From Octopus sinensis (lineage: Eukaryota): 64,000 bases of DNA. The position numbers and the translations under genes were made by a program. Shown here piece after piece: positions 63,911 through 64,000 of this stretch. The notes below the pieces were generated by a model. The model was not told the DNA's origin and made no database searches. It saw only the letters and a program-made list of their open reading frames with translations. The DNA is taken from the NCBI RefSeq assembly GCF_006345805.1, contig NC_043005.1:11904001-11968000 (forward strand), read 5' to 3'. Within the stretch, counting starts at the first letter, position 1, and each line of letters begins with the position of its first letter.

Positions 63911-64000
63911 ACATACCTGTATGGCTTTTCAGCGGCACTTCGGTCTATTGTTTGAGAGAAACGGTGGGTTGGAACACTAAACAGACTTGTGTGTCTGCCT

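Overview
AT-rich, repeat-dominated eukaryotic DNA. I recognise the SINE, Helitron and retroelement families as cephalopod (Octopus-like) from pattern recall, not from a database search. No host protein-coding gene is identifiable, and most listed ORFs are artefacts of microsatellites or antisense TE strands. The window holds decayed mobile elements: a split Dong/R4-like RLE LINE, two Penelope-like elements (Neptune-like and Naiad-like), two mariners, a Tc1, CR1-clade RT remnants, two LINE 5'/ORF1 remnants, five non-autonomous Helitron copies from three families, and dozens of tRNA-derived SINEs. The most unusual items are: (1) a 723-bp foldback transposon with ~280-bp inverted arms, GG termini and an 8(-9)-bp TSD, whose loop is a telomere-like (CCCTAA/CCCTAAAA)n array, inserted at the second catalytic-Asp motif of a mariner; (2) a Helitron-like family ending in CTCG rather than CTRR; (3) hammerhead-ribozyme remnants in an ~850-bp tandem duplication; (4) foldback modules embedded in (TA)n, including a perfect 92-bp palindrome; (5) two separate ~120-bp direct-repeat pairs flanking inserts. 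SINE and decayed-element boundaries are approximate.
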